Sequence record: OR352937.1
Reading direction: 5' to 3' (one strand)
Length of the DNA stretch: 50,922 bases
DNA from: Escherichia phage AV106
Part shown: positions 19,474 through 28,703 of the stretch, one piece after another
Layout of the letters: every line of letters starts with the position of its first letter
Position numbering within the stretch: position 1 is the stretch's first letter
Program-made: the position numbers and the translations under genes
The notes under the pieces: model-generated
Told to the model about the DNA's origin: nothing
The model's database searches: none
The model's input: only the letters and a program-made list of their open reading frames with translations

Positions 19474-20107
19474 TAGTTATTCTGCTTAGCAATCATTTCA
19501 AGCGCTTTCGCTTCCATGATCCTAACGTCCTGCAATGCCAGTTCTTCATCTTCTATTTTATAGATTTTAAACAACATAGGCAAAACATTATAGTCAAGAC
19601 CATAAGCGCCAGCGCCTGAACTTCTCCACTGAGTGAGCATTGATGTAAAAACATTCCAAGCCTTCACCATTTCAGCGTCGCCAATTATCGTTTCAGGTTC
19701 CTCGTCTTCATAGTCTGAAAGACTTAAACCAACCGATCGCAATTGTTCCTCTGTTGGCGGCTTCTGATATAACAGATAGACCGCCCTTTTTAGTTTTTTG
19801 CGCGGTGTCCGGCGAGAGCCTTGATGTAAGTTGCTGTCAGGTTGTACGCTGCTGAAGGATAATACTGAACCAGTTTTCGCGCATTTTCTTCGTTAAATTC
19901 TTCTTCAAGGTTCCATCCTGACGCGATCTTGGTAATGAACTCGCTGTCGTTCATTTCTCCCTGGTTGGCATACATATCCTGAACTTCTTTACTGGAAAGG
20001 TGGCGTACAGTGAAAATGATCGTTGCATCTTCACCGTTAGGCATGGTGAAGGTGACTGGAAGTTTGAAGTCTGGAAGTTGACCAAGAACGAAATTAAATT
20101 TAGCCAT
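19473..20107 (-). CDS. Tail assembly chaperone G-T fusion made by programmed -1 frameshift
   Basis: Slippery A_AAA_AAC on the minus strand at about 19799..19793, ending just before the G stop codon; the -1 frame then reads K-L-K-R-A-V-Y-L-L-Y-Q-K-P-P-T-E-E-Q-L-R-S-V-G-L-S-L-S-D-Y and continues through ORF 19473..19742. Confidence 0.6.
19790..20107 (-). CDS. Tail assembly chaperone (lambda G-like)
   Basis: 105 aa; RBS CCAATCAGGAGA; ends in a slippery heptamer directly before its stop codon. Confidence 0.6.
   Translation of the reverse strand: MAKFNFVLGQLPDFKLPVTFTMPNGEDATIIFTVRHLSSKEVQDMYANQGEMNDSEFITKIASGWNLEEEFNEENARKLVQYYPSAAYNLTATYIKALAGHRAKN
19793..19799 (-). other. Programmed -1 ribosomal frameshift slippery site (A_AAA_AAC)
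   Basis: Canonical X_XXY_YYZ heptamer at the 3' end of the G-like ORF, in the position where tailed-phage G/GT frameshifts occur. Confidence 0.6.
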
Positions 20108-20189
20108 GATATTTCTCCTGATTGGTTAATGGCACTTTTTGTTAAAAGAGAATAGTGCAAACTTGATACGATGATTTTACAGAAATGAA

Positions 20190-20212
20190 TAAGGGGGCGC
20201 AAGCCCCCTTGT
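20190..20212 (-). terminator. Terminator-like hairpin after the major tail gene
   Basis: GGGGGC-gcaa-GCCCCC, with a U-rich tract on the minus strand. Confidence 0.5.
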
Positions 20213-20221
20213 GGATATGAT

Positions 20222-20890
20222 TTAGGCACCAGGTGATGCCAGAGCGGATGAAACGAAAGTGAAATCACCCTTCAGGGATACGGCGAGTTGTACCGTTTCC
20301 ATTTCGTTCACTTGCGTAGATGGAATGTCGTTAAAAGACAAGATGCCAGCCCACATGCGCATCTCGTTCGCTTTTGGAACATACATCCGAACCGCAGTTA
20401 CCTGACCAGAAGAATCCAGCTTACGCAGAATAGGGTAGATCGGGTTATCAAATTCGTGCGCGAATGTGTAAGTTAGCGAGATCGCAGATTTAAACGTTGG
20501 GATCTGCTGTTCTTTATCGTCGGACAAGCACTGATAAGTATAATACTGCTGCTCGCCGCCGTCCTGACCAATCTCCTGTACGCAAGGAATCTCAGTCCAG
20601 CCAGTAATTTTTGCAAAGCTCATCGTACCGCCAGCCGGGAAAACAAGAGTATCAGAAGTGTCAATCCCAGCGAGAGTGATGCTTGTTTCCTGAGCGTTAG
20701 TAACAATTAGCACTCGACTGACCATCTTTGCCCAGGTTGACTGAGTTACAATAACGTAATCGCCTTTTACTAAGTCGCCCTTAGATGCAACTGTAGCAAC
20801 AGGATTTTCTGCGTTAGTAATAGCGGTTGCCTCAATCTCTTCTCCGCGAGAGGTTTCCACGAAAATTTGCGCGCCATTTGGTAAGTGCAT
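20222..20890 (-). CDS. Major tail protein
   Basis: Start moved to internal ATG (MHLPNGAQ); position upstream of the chaperone pair; terminator downstream. Confidence 0.5.
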   Translation of the reverse strand: MHLPNGAQIFVETSRGEEIEATAITNAENPVATVASKGDLVKGDYVIVTQSTWAKMVSRVLIVTNAQETSITLAGIDTSDTLVFPAGGTMSFAKITGWTEIPCVQEIGQDGGEQQYYTYQCLSDDKEQQIPTFKSAISLTYTFAHEFDNPIYPILRKLDSSGQVTAVRMYVPKANEMRMWAGILSFNDIPSTQVNEMETVQLAVSLKGDFTFVSSALASPGA

Positions 20891-20892
20891 AA

Positions 20893-21291
20893 TTAAGTCT
20901 CCTTTGTGTCTACTCGTACTGTAAAGCGAACCGGAATCATCCACCCGCTTTCATGTTTAACAATTTGATGCACGATTGCACCCTCGAAAATATAACCAAC
21001 GTTAAGCATTTTACCATCTTTGAAAAAATCAGCAATCTCTTTTGCTTTCAATCTTGCTTCGTCAACTCCGGATCCTGGAGGGAACACTACTCCGATCTGA
21101 ACGATTGCGATGTAAGATTTACACTTTCTGTCAATGGATAGATAAAGCGTATCACCTTCAATGTAGTTGAACCTAAGCCACATCCCGCCATCCTTCGGCG
21201 GTATGAAATTTCTGTTTTCCATGTAGTGAGGAAAGTCTCTGTACTTTGATAGAAAAGCGGCTCGCGCCGCCGCTGATAACTCATAGTGCAT
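20893..21291 (-). CDS. Tail completion / tail terminator-like protein
   Basis: 132 aa; position between the head-tail joining genes and the major tail gene. Confidence 0.35.
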   Translation of the reverse strand: MHYELSAAARAAFLSKYRDFPHYMENRNFIPPKDGGMWLRFNYIEGDTLYLSIDRKCKSYIAIVQIGVVFPPGSGVDEARLKAKEIADFFKDGKMLNVGYIFEGAIVHQIVKHESGWMIPVRFTVRVDTKET

Positions 21292-21724
21292 TTTGCTGTC
21301 TCCTTGCCTGCTTGATTGCGTCAGCCATATATGATCTCAGCCTTAATGCCACAAGGCCGACAACGCCGCTCGGTGCTTGCTGTGAATGACCGTACTCAAG
21401 AGCGTTTGCATAAATCAACATGTTTGAAAAGTGAACGGATGTTATCGCGCCGCCACGGCTGAACATGCCATAAGTTTTTGCCTGTTCCTCACCCCTGACG
21501 ACACCGCCAGTTTTATCGTATCGGTTTAATGCGTGGTTAGGGATTTCGTTAAAAGTTATCTGCCAGTTACCCTTGAATCGACCTGTATCAACAGGGGATC
21601 GGCTAACAAGAGCGTCGTGAACATCCCTTACGAATATTTCAATGGCATGTTCTAACGTGCTTTCAGCGACCTTAATCCACGCATCAATCTCGCCTTGAAA
21701 TCTACGAATCTGATAATTAGCCAC
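21281..21724 (-). CDS. Head-tail joining / neck protein
   Basis: Start moved to a GTG that overlaps the upstream stop codon (GTGGCTAA), RBS GGAGGG; the longer track ORF would overlap the upstream gene by about 100 nt. Confidence 0.35.
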   Translation of the reverse strand: MANYQIRRFQGEIDAWIKVAESTLEHAIEIFVRDVHDALVSRSPVDTGRFKGNWQITFNEIPNHALNRYDKTGGVVRGEEQAKTYGMFSRGGAITSVHFSNMLIYANALEYGHSQQAPSGVVGLVALRLRSYMADAIKQARRQQNAL

Positions 21725-22097
21725 CGACTGATACCCTCCGTAATACTGGACGATAGGCGACTGGTTCCAGTGACGCCTGAACCGGGCGAGCATCAACGAC
21801 AACATGACGAATGCCATCAATCTCTATATAGTCACCTTCGTTTATTTCATGATCATTATTGAAGATCCCCAAAATATCTGAGGCGCGGATAGTTTCCCCG
21901 TCAATCTCACGCGCGTTCGGTCTTCTCGTCGCGCCGGATATTGGAATAACCTGTTCCATCTGTTGGATCTCGAATCCGTTTTCATCATATCCGTATTCAC
22001 CTTGCTTTATCAGGTTCATAGGTCTTGACGGATCTGTGAAGAAAGCCACGCCTTTGCGAGCCATTCTTTCAATCTGTGAGTAGTTCATTAGTGGCAT
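21717..22097 (-). CDS. Head closure / head-tail adaptor-like protein
   Basis: 126 aa; position in the connector module. Confidence 0.35.
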   Translation of the reverse strand: MPLMNYSQIERMARKGVAFFTDPSRPMNLIKQGEYGYDENGFEIQQMEQVIPISGATRRPNAREIDGETIRASDILGIFNNDHEINEGDYIEIDGIRHVVVDARPVQASLEPVAYRPVLRRVSVGG

Positions 22098-22498
22098 CCT
22101 CCACGGAGTCCTGTCATTAATGCGAATCTACCACGGCGTCGCGCTTTAAGCTGTTCGAACATCTTACCCCACGGCGTCGAAAGCATCATGTTTCCTGACT
22201 GGTTCTTCGTAACCTCTCCGAAAGTCTGGCTAAATTCACCGCTCAGTGAGAATGACGTAACTCGTCGTGAGTACGATTCCAGATCCTCATCTTCACCTTT
22301 TAGCGCCCCGTCAAGGAAAGCAAGGTGCAATGCATAAAGAGCGAGCGCTTTGACGTATGCGTCTTTAAAGGTCTTCTGGCATACAAAAAGCTCAGCCATT
22401 TCTACCCACGCATAAAGCGTTTCGTCTGGAACCTTACGAAGTGCCGGAACCAGCTTTCGCATTTGCTCAACAACTGCAATTAAAGTTTCTTGATTCAT
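22088..22498 (-). CDS. Head-tail connector-like protein
   Basis: 136 aa; preceded by a terminator-like hairpin and RBS. Confidence 0.35.
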   Translation of the reverse strand: MNQETLIAVVEQMRKLVPALRKVPDETLYAWVEMAELFVCQKTFKDAYVKALALYALHLAFLDGALKGEDEDLESYSRRVTSFSLSGEFSQTFGEVTKNQSGNMMLSTPWGKMFEQLKARRRGRFALMTGLRGGCH

Positions 22499-22510
22499 AA
22501 TTTACCACCA

Positions 22511-22540
22511 TAAAAAAAGGCGCTACATGAGCGCCTTGAT
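22511..22540 (-). terminator. Attenuator hairpin
   Basis: Minus strand AAGGCGCTC-atg-TAGCGCCTT followed by TTTTTTTATGG. Confidence 0.5.
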
Positions 22541-22542
22541 GA

Positions 22543-22830
22543 TTAATATTCGCCGCCGTCTTCAAGCTCTTTTACGCTCATTTTATCCCACGGATCTGGC
22601 TTCGTGATCTTTGCCATTTCAGCGCGGATTTTGCGGTTGGTTGCACTGTCGTCTTTAACTTCGATTTCTTCGCGAGCAATTAAGCAACGCAGGCCAGGTA
22701 AATCAAGAACGGAAGCCGGAAGCGTGACCTCTTCATCTGGAAGAACTTTAGCAAAGGAACCATCTTCAAGACGGAACATCTGAAGAGCTACACCAACGTT
22801 TACGATAACAACAGTTTTTTCTTTAGCCAT
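22543..22830 (-). CDS. Hypothetical small structural protein
   Basis: 95 aa; RBS GGAGAAATC; between the major capsid gene and the connector genes. Confidence 0.35.
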   Translation of the reverse strand: MAKEKTVVIVNVGVALQMFRLEDGSFAKVLPDEEVTLPASVLDLPGLRCLIAREEIEVKDDSATNRKIRAEMAKITKPDPWDKMSVKELEDGGEY

Positions 22831-22841
22831 TTTGATTTCTC

Positions 22842-22873
22842 CAATAAAAAAGGGACTAACTAAGTTAGCCCCT
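22842..22873 (-). terminator. Terminator after the major capsid gene
   Basis: Minus strand GGGGCTAACT-tag-TTAGTCCC followed by TTTTTTATT. Confidence 0.6.
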
Positions 22874-22879
22874 ATAATA

Positions 22880-23839
22880 TTACACGCCAGTGATTAAGAC
22901 AATAGTCATCGGGCGATAAATTGTAAGACCAGTACACTTAGAGGTGCAAGGCACTTTAAAGTGCAAGTCTTTCGGTTGTGCTGGCAGCATGTTAAATGCT
23001 TCCGGGATCTCGATGGACATGTTCATCGGATTCTTTTCGTACACCAGTACGCCTTTGGTGCCTGCGCCGTCAATATCCTCAAGCTCTGCGATAGAGTCGA
23101 TTTCGATACCTGAGTTCTGAGACTTGAAATAGTCCAGATAAGACATGGTAGTCTCAGGCATACGAATCGCCAGCACCTTACGCATGGACGGCGGGATCAG
23201 AATGTTGGTAGCTCGGTGCTGGCCTCGAGTAATCGTCTCGATGGTTTCGATCGCCTGAGTCAATTCCGCTTCAGCCGTTTCCGGTTTCTGAGTTGCGCCA
23301 TCCATCCACTTACCGGAGGTAATTTTGGTGATGTTCGGATGATTGAACACGGACACAATCTTGTGCGGCGCGGAACCTTTGAACACCAGGCGGTTAACAA
23401 GCTGATCATGAGCCAACTGGCACGCACTTGCCTTACGGGTTGACAGTGGGCGACCAGTTGCCTGACCTGCTTTGATTTCGTCGATTGAGATCAGATACGC
23501 GTTACCCAGACGGAACACCTTGCCAAACTCAGAAGTACCCAGGGCGTCAACCAGCGGAAGATCGTCGGTGTAGTCTGCGATAATCTGAGCCGTACCAACC
23601 TTGTCAAAGGTCATGTATTCAAACGTCTTATCAGTCGGAGAAAGATCGGTTGTAACCGGGAATACGCGTAGAGCGGAGCCGACCGGGTAGTCTTCTTCAT
23701 AGGACTGGCTTTTAATGCGGTGTAGTTCCTGAGCGGTCCAGATACCCATCGTTGCGGCTGCATCCTGTTTTACGCCAGCCTGGATCAGATACATTTCAAC
23801 ATTGCTCTTATCTGCTTCGTCAAATTTTTTAGTAGTCAT
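22880..23839 (-). CDS. Major capsid protein
   Basis: 319 aa; RBS AAGGAGAAG; position after scaffold and decoration genes; flanked by attenuator hairpins as expected for the most highly expressed structural gene. Confidence 0.75.
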   Translation of the reverse strand: MTTKKFDEADKSNVEMYLIQAGVKQDAAATMGIWTAQELHRIKSQSYEEDYPVGSALRVFPVTTDLSPTDKTFEYMTFDKVGTAQIIADYTDDLPLVDALGTSEFGKVFRLGNAYLISIDEIKAGQATGRPLSTRKASACQLAHDQLVNRLVFKGSAPHKIVSVFNHPNITKITSGKWMDGATQKPETAEAELTQAIETIETITRGQHRATNILIPPSMRKVLAIRMPETTMSYLDYFKSQNSGIEIDSIAELEDIDGAGTKGVLVYEKNPMNMSIEIPEAFNMLPAQPKDLHFKVPCTSKCTGLTIYRPMTIVLITGV

Positions 23840-23930
23840 GATTACTTCTCCTTAGTTAATAAAAAAGCCGTGATTATGTTCACAGCTTCAATAATAGCAC
23901 TTTTTGTTAAAGCGTCAAAGTGTTTTTGTG

Positions 23931-24947
23931 TTATGGGGCAGGTTCAGCAGCGATGGTTAACTCAGCCTGACCACTAACACCAGAGCCATCCGCAGCAGTC
24001 CAGATAACATTAACTGTACCAGCAGCAATCGTGGTTACGAGTCCGGTAGCAGCGTCTACAGTCGCCAAAGCGGTATCAGACACAGACCAGGAGCCAGATT
24101 TGTTTGTAGCATTCTCTGGAGTCACAGCCACACTAGCTTGTACGGTTTCGCCAGCAGTTGCAGAATCTGCAGCAAGGCTTACAGCAGCGCCAGTAACATT
24201 AACGACAGCTTTTTCGAATCGATATGCGATTGTCTCACTAGTCTCACTTGCATCATTTGCAGTCCACGTCACATTAACGTTTCCAAACACATCACCACCG
24301 ACAGGGGTTAGCTTTCCAGTCTGATCAATAGTTGCAATGTTCGTAGCATCAACAGACCATGCGCCAGTTTTATCAGTTGCGTCATCTGGTTTTACGGTAA
24401 CGCTGCATTGTACGGGTGCATTGTTTGGCTGTGGGCTTGTCTTGTTAGTAGTGATTGTTGCAGAATCAACAAGAACAACCGGAGGCGGTGGGGGTGGAGT
24501 AATGAAAGCATTTTGTTTCACCTGAACCTCAATAATGTGCCCGTCTTCGTGCTTAACAAAGCCACCCGCGAAGGTCCAGCCTACAGATCCAGCGCCACCA
24601 GTGACAACCCCACCAGCTCCAAACTCTAACTTTGAGAACAAATCAGGAGCTTCATCAAGAGAAGTAAGCGCCCAGGCGCGACCGTGAGAAACGACGTTAC
24701 ACACTTCACCATCAAGGATTTTACCGCTCAGGTGTTCGTATTGGGAACGAAAAGCGATACCGTAAGGTGTTCCACCATCAGCAAGCGCCGTTACAACTTT
24801 CATTCCGTCAACGATCCCGATAACTTGGACTGCCGCGCCGAACTCAATATCACCTTGAGCCACACAAGCGCCATCAATGTTATAGGTTGAAGTATCAGAA
24901 AGATTACCCGGACACGCGGGGCGCAAGAACAAATTTTCGTAAGCCAT
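23931..24947 (-). CDS. Capsid decoration-like protein with two C-terminal Ig-like (BIG2-type) domains
   Basis: 338 aa; N-terminal 150 aa paralogous to ORF 25009..25488; PPPPPP linker; two tandem repeats of about 60 aa (SVTVKPDDATDKTGAWSV... and SVAVTPENATNKSGSWSV...) that look like bacterial Ig-like domains. Confidence 0.55.
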   Translation of the reverse strand: MAYENLFLRPACPGNLSDTSTYNIDGACVAQGDIEFGAAVQVIGIVDGMKVVTALADGGTPYGIAFRSQYEHLSGKILDGEVCNVVSHGRAWALTSLDEAPDLFSKLEFGAGGVVTGGAGSVGWTFAGGFVKHEDGHIIEVQVKQNAFITPPPPPPVVLVDSATITTNKTSPQPNNAPVQCSVTVKPDDATDKTGAWSVDATNIATIDQTGKLTPVGGDVFGNVNVTWTANDASETSETIAYRFEKAVVNVTGAAVSLAADSATAGETVQASVAVTPENATNKSGSWSVSDTALATVDAATGLVTTIAAGTVNVIWTAADGSGVSGQAELTIAAEPAP

Positions 24948-24957
24948 AATAATTTCT

Positions 24958-24996
24958 CCATAAAAAAAAGGGACTATCCAAAAGGATAGCCCCTAT
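24958..24996 (-). terminator. Terminator after decoration gene 25009..25488
   Basis: Minus strand GGGGCTATCC-tttt-GGATAGTCCC followed by TTTTTTTT. Confidence 0.6.
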
Positions 24997-25008
24997 ATTA
25001 AATGCTAA

Positions 25009-25488
25009 TTACAGTTGATGCAACTGAACTTCTACAAGCTGAATATCTTTATATTTGGCAAAGCCGCCAGCGTAAGTCCAGTTAGTAGTGATTGTGCCAT
25101 CAGATTTTTCCTGACCATCAACATCAAGTTTAACGGCAGTGCCGAAAATTGGTGTGTCGGTGGATTTTGAAAGCATCCAAACTCGACCGGAGGTCATTAC
25201 GTTGATTGCGCCGCCTTCTTCATAAACCATCTGGCCTTGAGAATTAACAGTCTGCCAGTGAGAGCGAATCGCTACACCGTAGGGGTATTTTTCTGCTTCC
25301 ATACCCTTAATGAGTTTATGACCATCAGCCGCTTGCGCTGCGACAACCTGCACGGCAGATCCAACAAAAACAGAACCCCCCTCACTAACAACGCAAGCGC
25401 CGTCAACGTTGTATTTAGAGGTATCCGAAATCATGCCCGGGAGGGCGATCGCCATGTCGCGCTGATAAGATGCGTTAATCTGTGCCAT
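25009..25488 (-). CDS. Capsid decoration-like protein (short paralog)
   Basis: 159 aa; shares SDTSxYNxDGACV and downstream blocks with the N-terminus of ORF 23931..24947. Confidence 0.5.
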   Translation of the reverse strand: MAQINASYQRDMAIALPGMISDTSKYNVDGACVVSEGGSVFVGSAVQVVAAQAADGHKLIKGMEAEKYPYGVAIRSHWQTVNSQGQMVYEEGGAINVMTSGRVWMLSKSTDTPIFGTAVKLDVDGQEKSDGTITTNWTYAGGFAKYKDIQLVEVQLHQL

Positions 25489-25499
25489 GATATTTCTCC

Positions 25500-26612
25500 T
25501 TACATTACTTTGCTTAAACGTGAATTTGGCGTAACAGGAGCGGCGTCGTTTTTCTCTTCCGGCTTACCGCCTTCGATAGAGTCGCCTTTTACTGCTTTAC
25601 GCTGAATAGCCATGATATCAGAATCTTTAGCAACATCAAACATAGCGTCGATATATGCGTCTGATTTTTCACTAACATCTTTATCAAGCATGGCTTTAAC
25701 TACGGCAATCTTGACGTCTTTGATATCAAGACCATCATGTTTGACGCCTGCGGTTTCTGCTACTGCGGTAACTTCTGCGCGTGCGGCGGCATCGGCTTTT
25801 TGCTTCTCTACCTCTGCCTTCACAAGTTCCGGCAGAGAGTCAACCTTAACCTTCAGCGCATCGCGCTCAGCTTCGAAGCCATCAGCTTTCCCCTGAATGG
25901 TGGCAATCTGCGCGGTTAATTTTTCGATATGGTTCGCAACGTCTTCGGTTACTTCCACATCAACTGAGTCGATCTTAATTTTTTTCATTTGCTTGTCCTC
26001 GTTAGTTAATTGAACGTTATTATCATACGGGAACTCCTGTTCGGCATCAAGATTTAATTTAGCAATTCCCGCACGACCTTTAAAAACTAGGGCAATATGG
26101 TTGACCTTGATATTAGTTTGTACCGCGTCGAATTTCACCCAACCTTCAGGTGGCGCTTCGTCCTGTTTCATATCCTCTTCGAAGATATATTCTCCAGTCT
26201 CATTTGAACCCCAGCCGGGCTTATCAATATCTACCGACGTATACCCTACAGATAATTCCCCGGCCTCCTTCGCTTTAGCTTTGCTGATCGCGTAGTCGCT
26301 GTAAATACTCAAAGGAACTTCAACGCCAACCCCTGAAGCAATACCAGCGCCAGCACACGATCCGACAACAACGTCCTTAGCATTTTGGGGTGTCACCGTT
26401 ACGTGACCGACTGTTATCGGCTTGCCTGCAAAACTTTGCAAGGAATCTTGCTTGAAAACTTCGGACGCCGGACGGAACTCAACTCGATCGCCGTGAGGCG
26501 TTTTGTAAACCTGAGCGCCGATTCGCGCCACGATTGGGCGGTCAACTAAAAAACCGTTATCATCAAAGTGAGCCTTGATTTTTACTGAATCGAATCTTTG
26601 CTTTGCCTTCAT
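25500..26612 (-). CDS. Prohead scaffolding protein (possible scaffold/protease fusion)
   Basis: Start moved to ATG behind RBS AGGAGA; C-terminal half is Lys/Glu/Ala-rich coiled coil; position between the head morphogenesis and capsid genes. Confidence 0.45.
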   Translation of the reverse strand: MKAKQRFDSVKIKAHFDDNGFLVDRPIVARIGAQVYKTPHGDRVEFRPASEVFKQDSLQSFAGKPITVGHVTVTPQNAKDVVVGSCAGAGIASGVGVEVPLSIYSDYAISKAKAKEAGELSVGYTSVDIDKPGWGSNETGEYIFEEDMKQDEAPPEGWVKFDAVQTNIKVNHIALVFKGRAGIAKLNLDAEQEFPYDNNVQLTNEDKQMKKIKIDSVDVEVTEDVANHIEKLTAQIATIQGKADGFEAERDALKVKVDSLPELVKAEVEKQKADAAARAEVTAVAETAGVKHDGLDIKDVKIAVVKAMLDKDVSEKSDAYIDAMFDVAKDSDIMAIQRKAVKGDSIEGGKPEEKNDAAPVTPNSRLSKVM

Positions 26613-26614
26613 TT

Positions 26615-27376
26615 TTAATCTCCTGTAGAAAAGTCTGGAACAGCCCAACAGCGGCAGTTGTATTCTTCACCCGGGAATACGTGATCGGAATCTACCGCTA
26701 TGCGCTTACCTTCCCATCTTACATGTTTTTCACGTTCGCGTAAATCCATCACCCCGCGCCAGAAATAGTAAGATACACCAGCGTCTTTTATGCGCTGCCG
26801 CATCAGTCTACTGTTCCAGGTTCCGACAATTCCCGACGCTCTATTTTTGGCCCAGCTACGGTAAATACCAAATCGCTCCTTAGCAAGTTCAACAACAAAA
26901 TCCTTGCTTTTACCCTGACCGGATGCCGCACGAAGTTTATCAGTGAAATCAGTAACCATGTTGGCGGCAAATTTCCTGATAGAAGTAGTCACCTGCGATC
27001 GCCACAGATTATATTGTCCTGAGTACCAGCTTTCGGCAGCGGTAGGACCAATCAGGGCAAGTAGCATTACGGCTTGATTCTTCTTACCTCCAGCATTTCT
27101 AGCTATTCGCAACCACTGCTTAGAGTTGAATTTATAGATAGTTAGCGCGACGGATGATAGAGATCCGATAATCGGCGCGATTAGAGATTCGACGTAATCA
27201 AGCAATGACCTTTCTGTCTGATCTATCTCTTCGTCAGTAGCGTCAAATTTCATCGGCTTTAATTCGTCACGCATTTTTTCAGTTAGTTTGGCTGCAACAT
27301 CCTGTAGGGAGCGCGACATTGCGCGCTCGCTCATTTCAGGATAGCGCCACTGTGTTGCAACGCCATTAATTTTCAT
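26615..27376 (-). CDS. Head morphogenesis protein (SPP1 gp7 / Mu F-like)
   Basis: 253 aa; C-terminal PGEEYNCRCWAVPDFS matches the conserved motif of this family; directly follows the portal gene. Confidence 0.7.
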   Translation of the reverse strand: MKINGVATQWRYPEMSERAMSRSLQDVAAKLTEKMRDELKPMKFDATDEEIDQTERSLLDYVESLIAPIIGSLSSVALTIYKFNSKQWLRIARNAGGKKNQAVMLLALIGPTAAESWYSGQYNLWRSQVTTSIRKFAANMVTDFTDKLRAASGQGKSKDFVVELAKERFGIYRSWAKNRASGIVGTWNSRLMRQRIKDAGVSYYFWRGVMDLREREKHVRWEGKRIAVDSDHVFPGEEYNCRCWAVPDFSTGD

Positions 27377-28649
27377 CTTCTAACTTCTCCCCTAATCCCG
27401 GCTCCGGTTCGGTTGTTTCTTCCGGTTCGCGAATGTTGATGTTATTACCATCCTTGAGTTTGAACTCAGGGGCAATGGATCGCAACGTGTCGCGAGCTTC
27501 TTCCAGATCGATGATTTGCTCAGTGATAGCTTTCGTAACCGACTCAACGTTATTCTTCGTGATCTCTGATTCCTCTTTCTTACTCGGAACAGACAAAGGC
27601 TCAAACTCGATCGACCACTCTTCCTCATCAACAATGAACGGCAACAAGAACTCAAGAAGCGGCCTGTAATCTTCCTCTCGTTTGCGATCGACTAGCTTAT
27701 AGAAAGTCTCAAGCGCTGTGTTTTGGCTCGCTGATACGCCGCCTACGTTCTTATTCTTGATGATAATCTCATGAATCCCGGATAGGGAGACGATGCGGTC
27801 CATCTTGCTTGATAAGAACTCAGGAACTCCGCTGATATCAGAGTTGAGAACGTCATACTCCTCAGTCTCAGCATCGATACCGATCGCACGGCCCACGCCG
27901 GAGTTATCATCAACCTGAGCAAGTCGCAGGCGCGCGGCATACTGAGCGTCATCATCATCACACATTTCGGCAAGACCTTTGACCTTCCATACAGCCTGTT
28001 GCTTACGTCTCAAGATCTGAGTAGCCAGAGATTCACAGTAATCATAGTCACAGATTGCATCAATCAGTGACTTATTCAATACCGAAGCTCCCCATCCTTG
28101 ATTCTGCTTTCTTGCCTGTTGCGTTACTCGTTCACCATCAGCAATAAAGACTCTTGAGTGATGAATCAGGTACGGCTGCATATTGTCGCCAGGGGATACC
28201 TTGTAAATTTCAGGCTCACCATAGCGAGGAGATCTTGCATTGGTGACTCGCTTTTCAACAGTGATAGCAAATCGATCATAAACTCTGACGCCTTCAAGTT
28301 TAGCTCCAGACTTTGCCTGACTGGTTAACATCCGGTTGTCTTTGATGATTGCCACCATCGCCGCGCCACCGTAAAGACGTGCCCAACAAAGAAGATCCAC
28401 CAGACTTGAATCAAGTTTGTAGCTATCCCATAAAGACTTGAACTCTTTTTCATCCTTAACGCCTGACATTTTAAAACCAGCCGTCACCATCTCTTCCGGG
28501 ATAACATCCACAATTCGCTTCGCGGTTGCGTTGTCGTTGTAGAAAGAACCGACGTGATATGATGCATCAGACATAAAGAATGGCTTAGGCGATCCGTCCG
28601 CGCCGCCGTTAAAGATATCGTTATATCCATCATGCTTAACAATTTTCAT
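27366..28649 (-). CDS. Portal protein
   Basis: Start moved to ATG behind RBS GGAGGAAAC; about 427 aa; immediately downstream of the large terminase gene. Confidence 0.7.
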   Translation of the reverse strand: MKIVKHDGYNDIFNGGADGSPKPFFMSDASYHVGSFYNDNATAKRIVDVIPEEMVTAGFKMSGVKDEKEFKSLWDSYKLDSSLVDLLCWARLYGGAAMVAIIKDNRMLTSQAKSGAKLEGVRVYDRFAITVEKRVTNARSPRYGEPEIYKVSPGDNMQPYLIHHSRVFIADGERVTQQARKQNQGWGASVLNKSLIDAICDYDYCESLATQILRRKQQAVWKVKGLAEMCDDDDAQYAARLRLAQVDDNSGVGRAIGIDAETEEYDVLNSDISGVPEFLSSKMDRIVSLSGIHEIIIKNKNVGGVSASQNTALETFYKLVDRKREEDYRPLLEFLLPFIVDEEEWSIEFEPLSVPSKKEESEITKNNVESVTKAITEQIIDLEEARDTLRSIAPEFKLKDGNNINIREPEETTEPEPGLGEKLEDEN

Positions 28650-28661
28650 GTTTCCTCCAAT

Positions 28662-28687
28662 AAAAAGGGCCGTCAATTGACAGCCCT
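28662..28687 (-). terminator. Attenuator between the large terminase and portal genes
   Basis: Palindrome GGGCTGTCAATTGACGGCCC followed by TTTTTATT, then RBS. Confidence 0.5.
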
Positions 28688-28703
28688 GATTATATCTCAT
28701 TTA

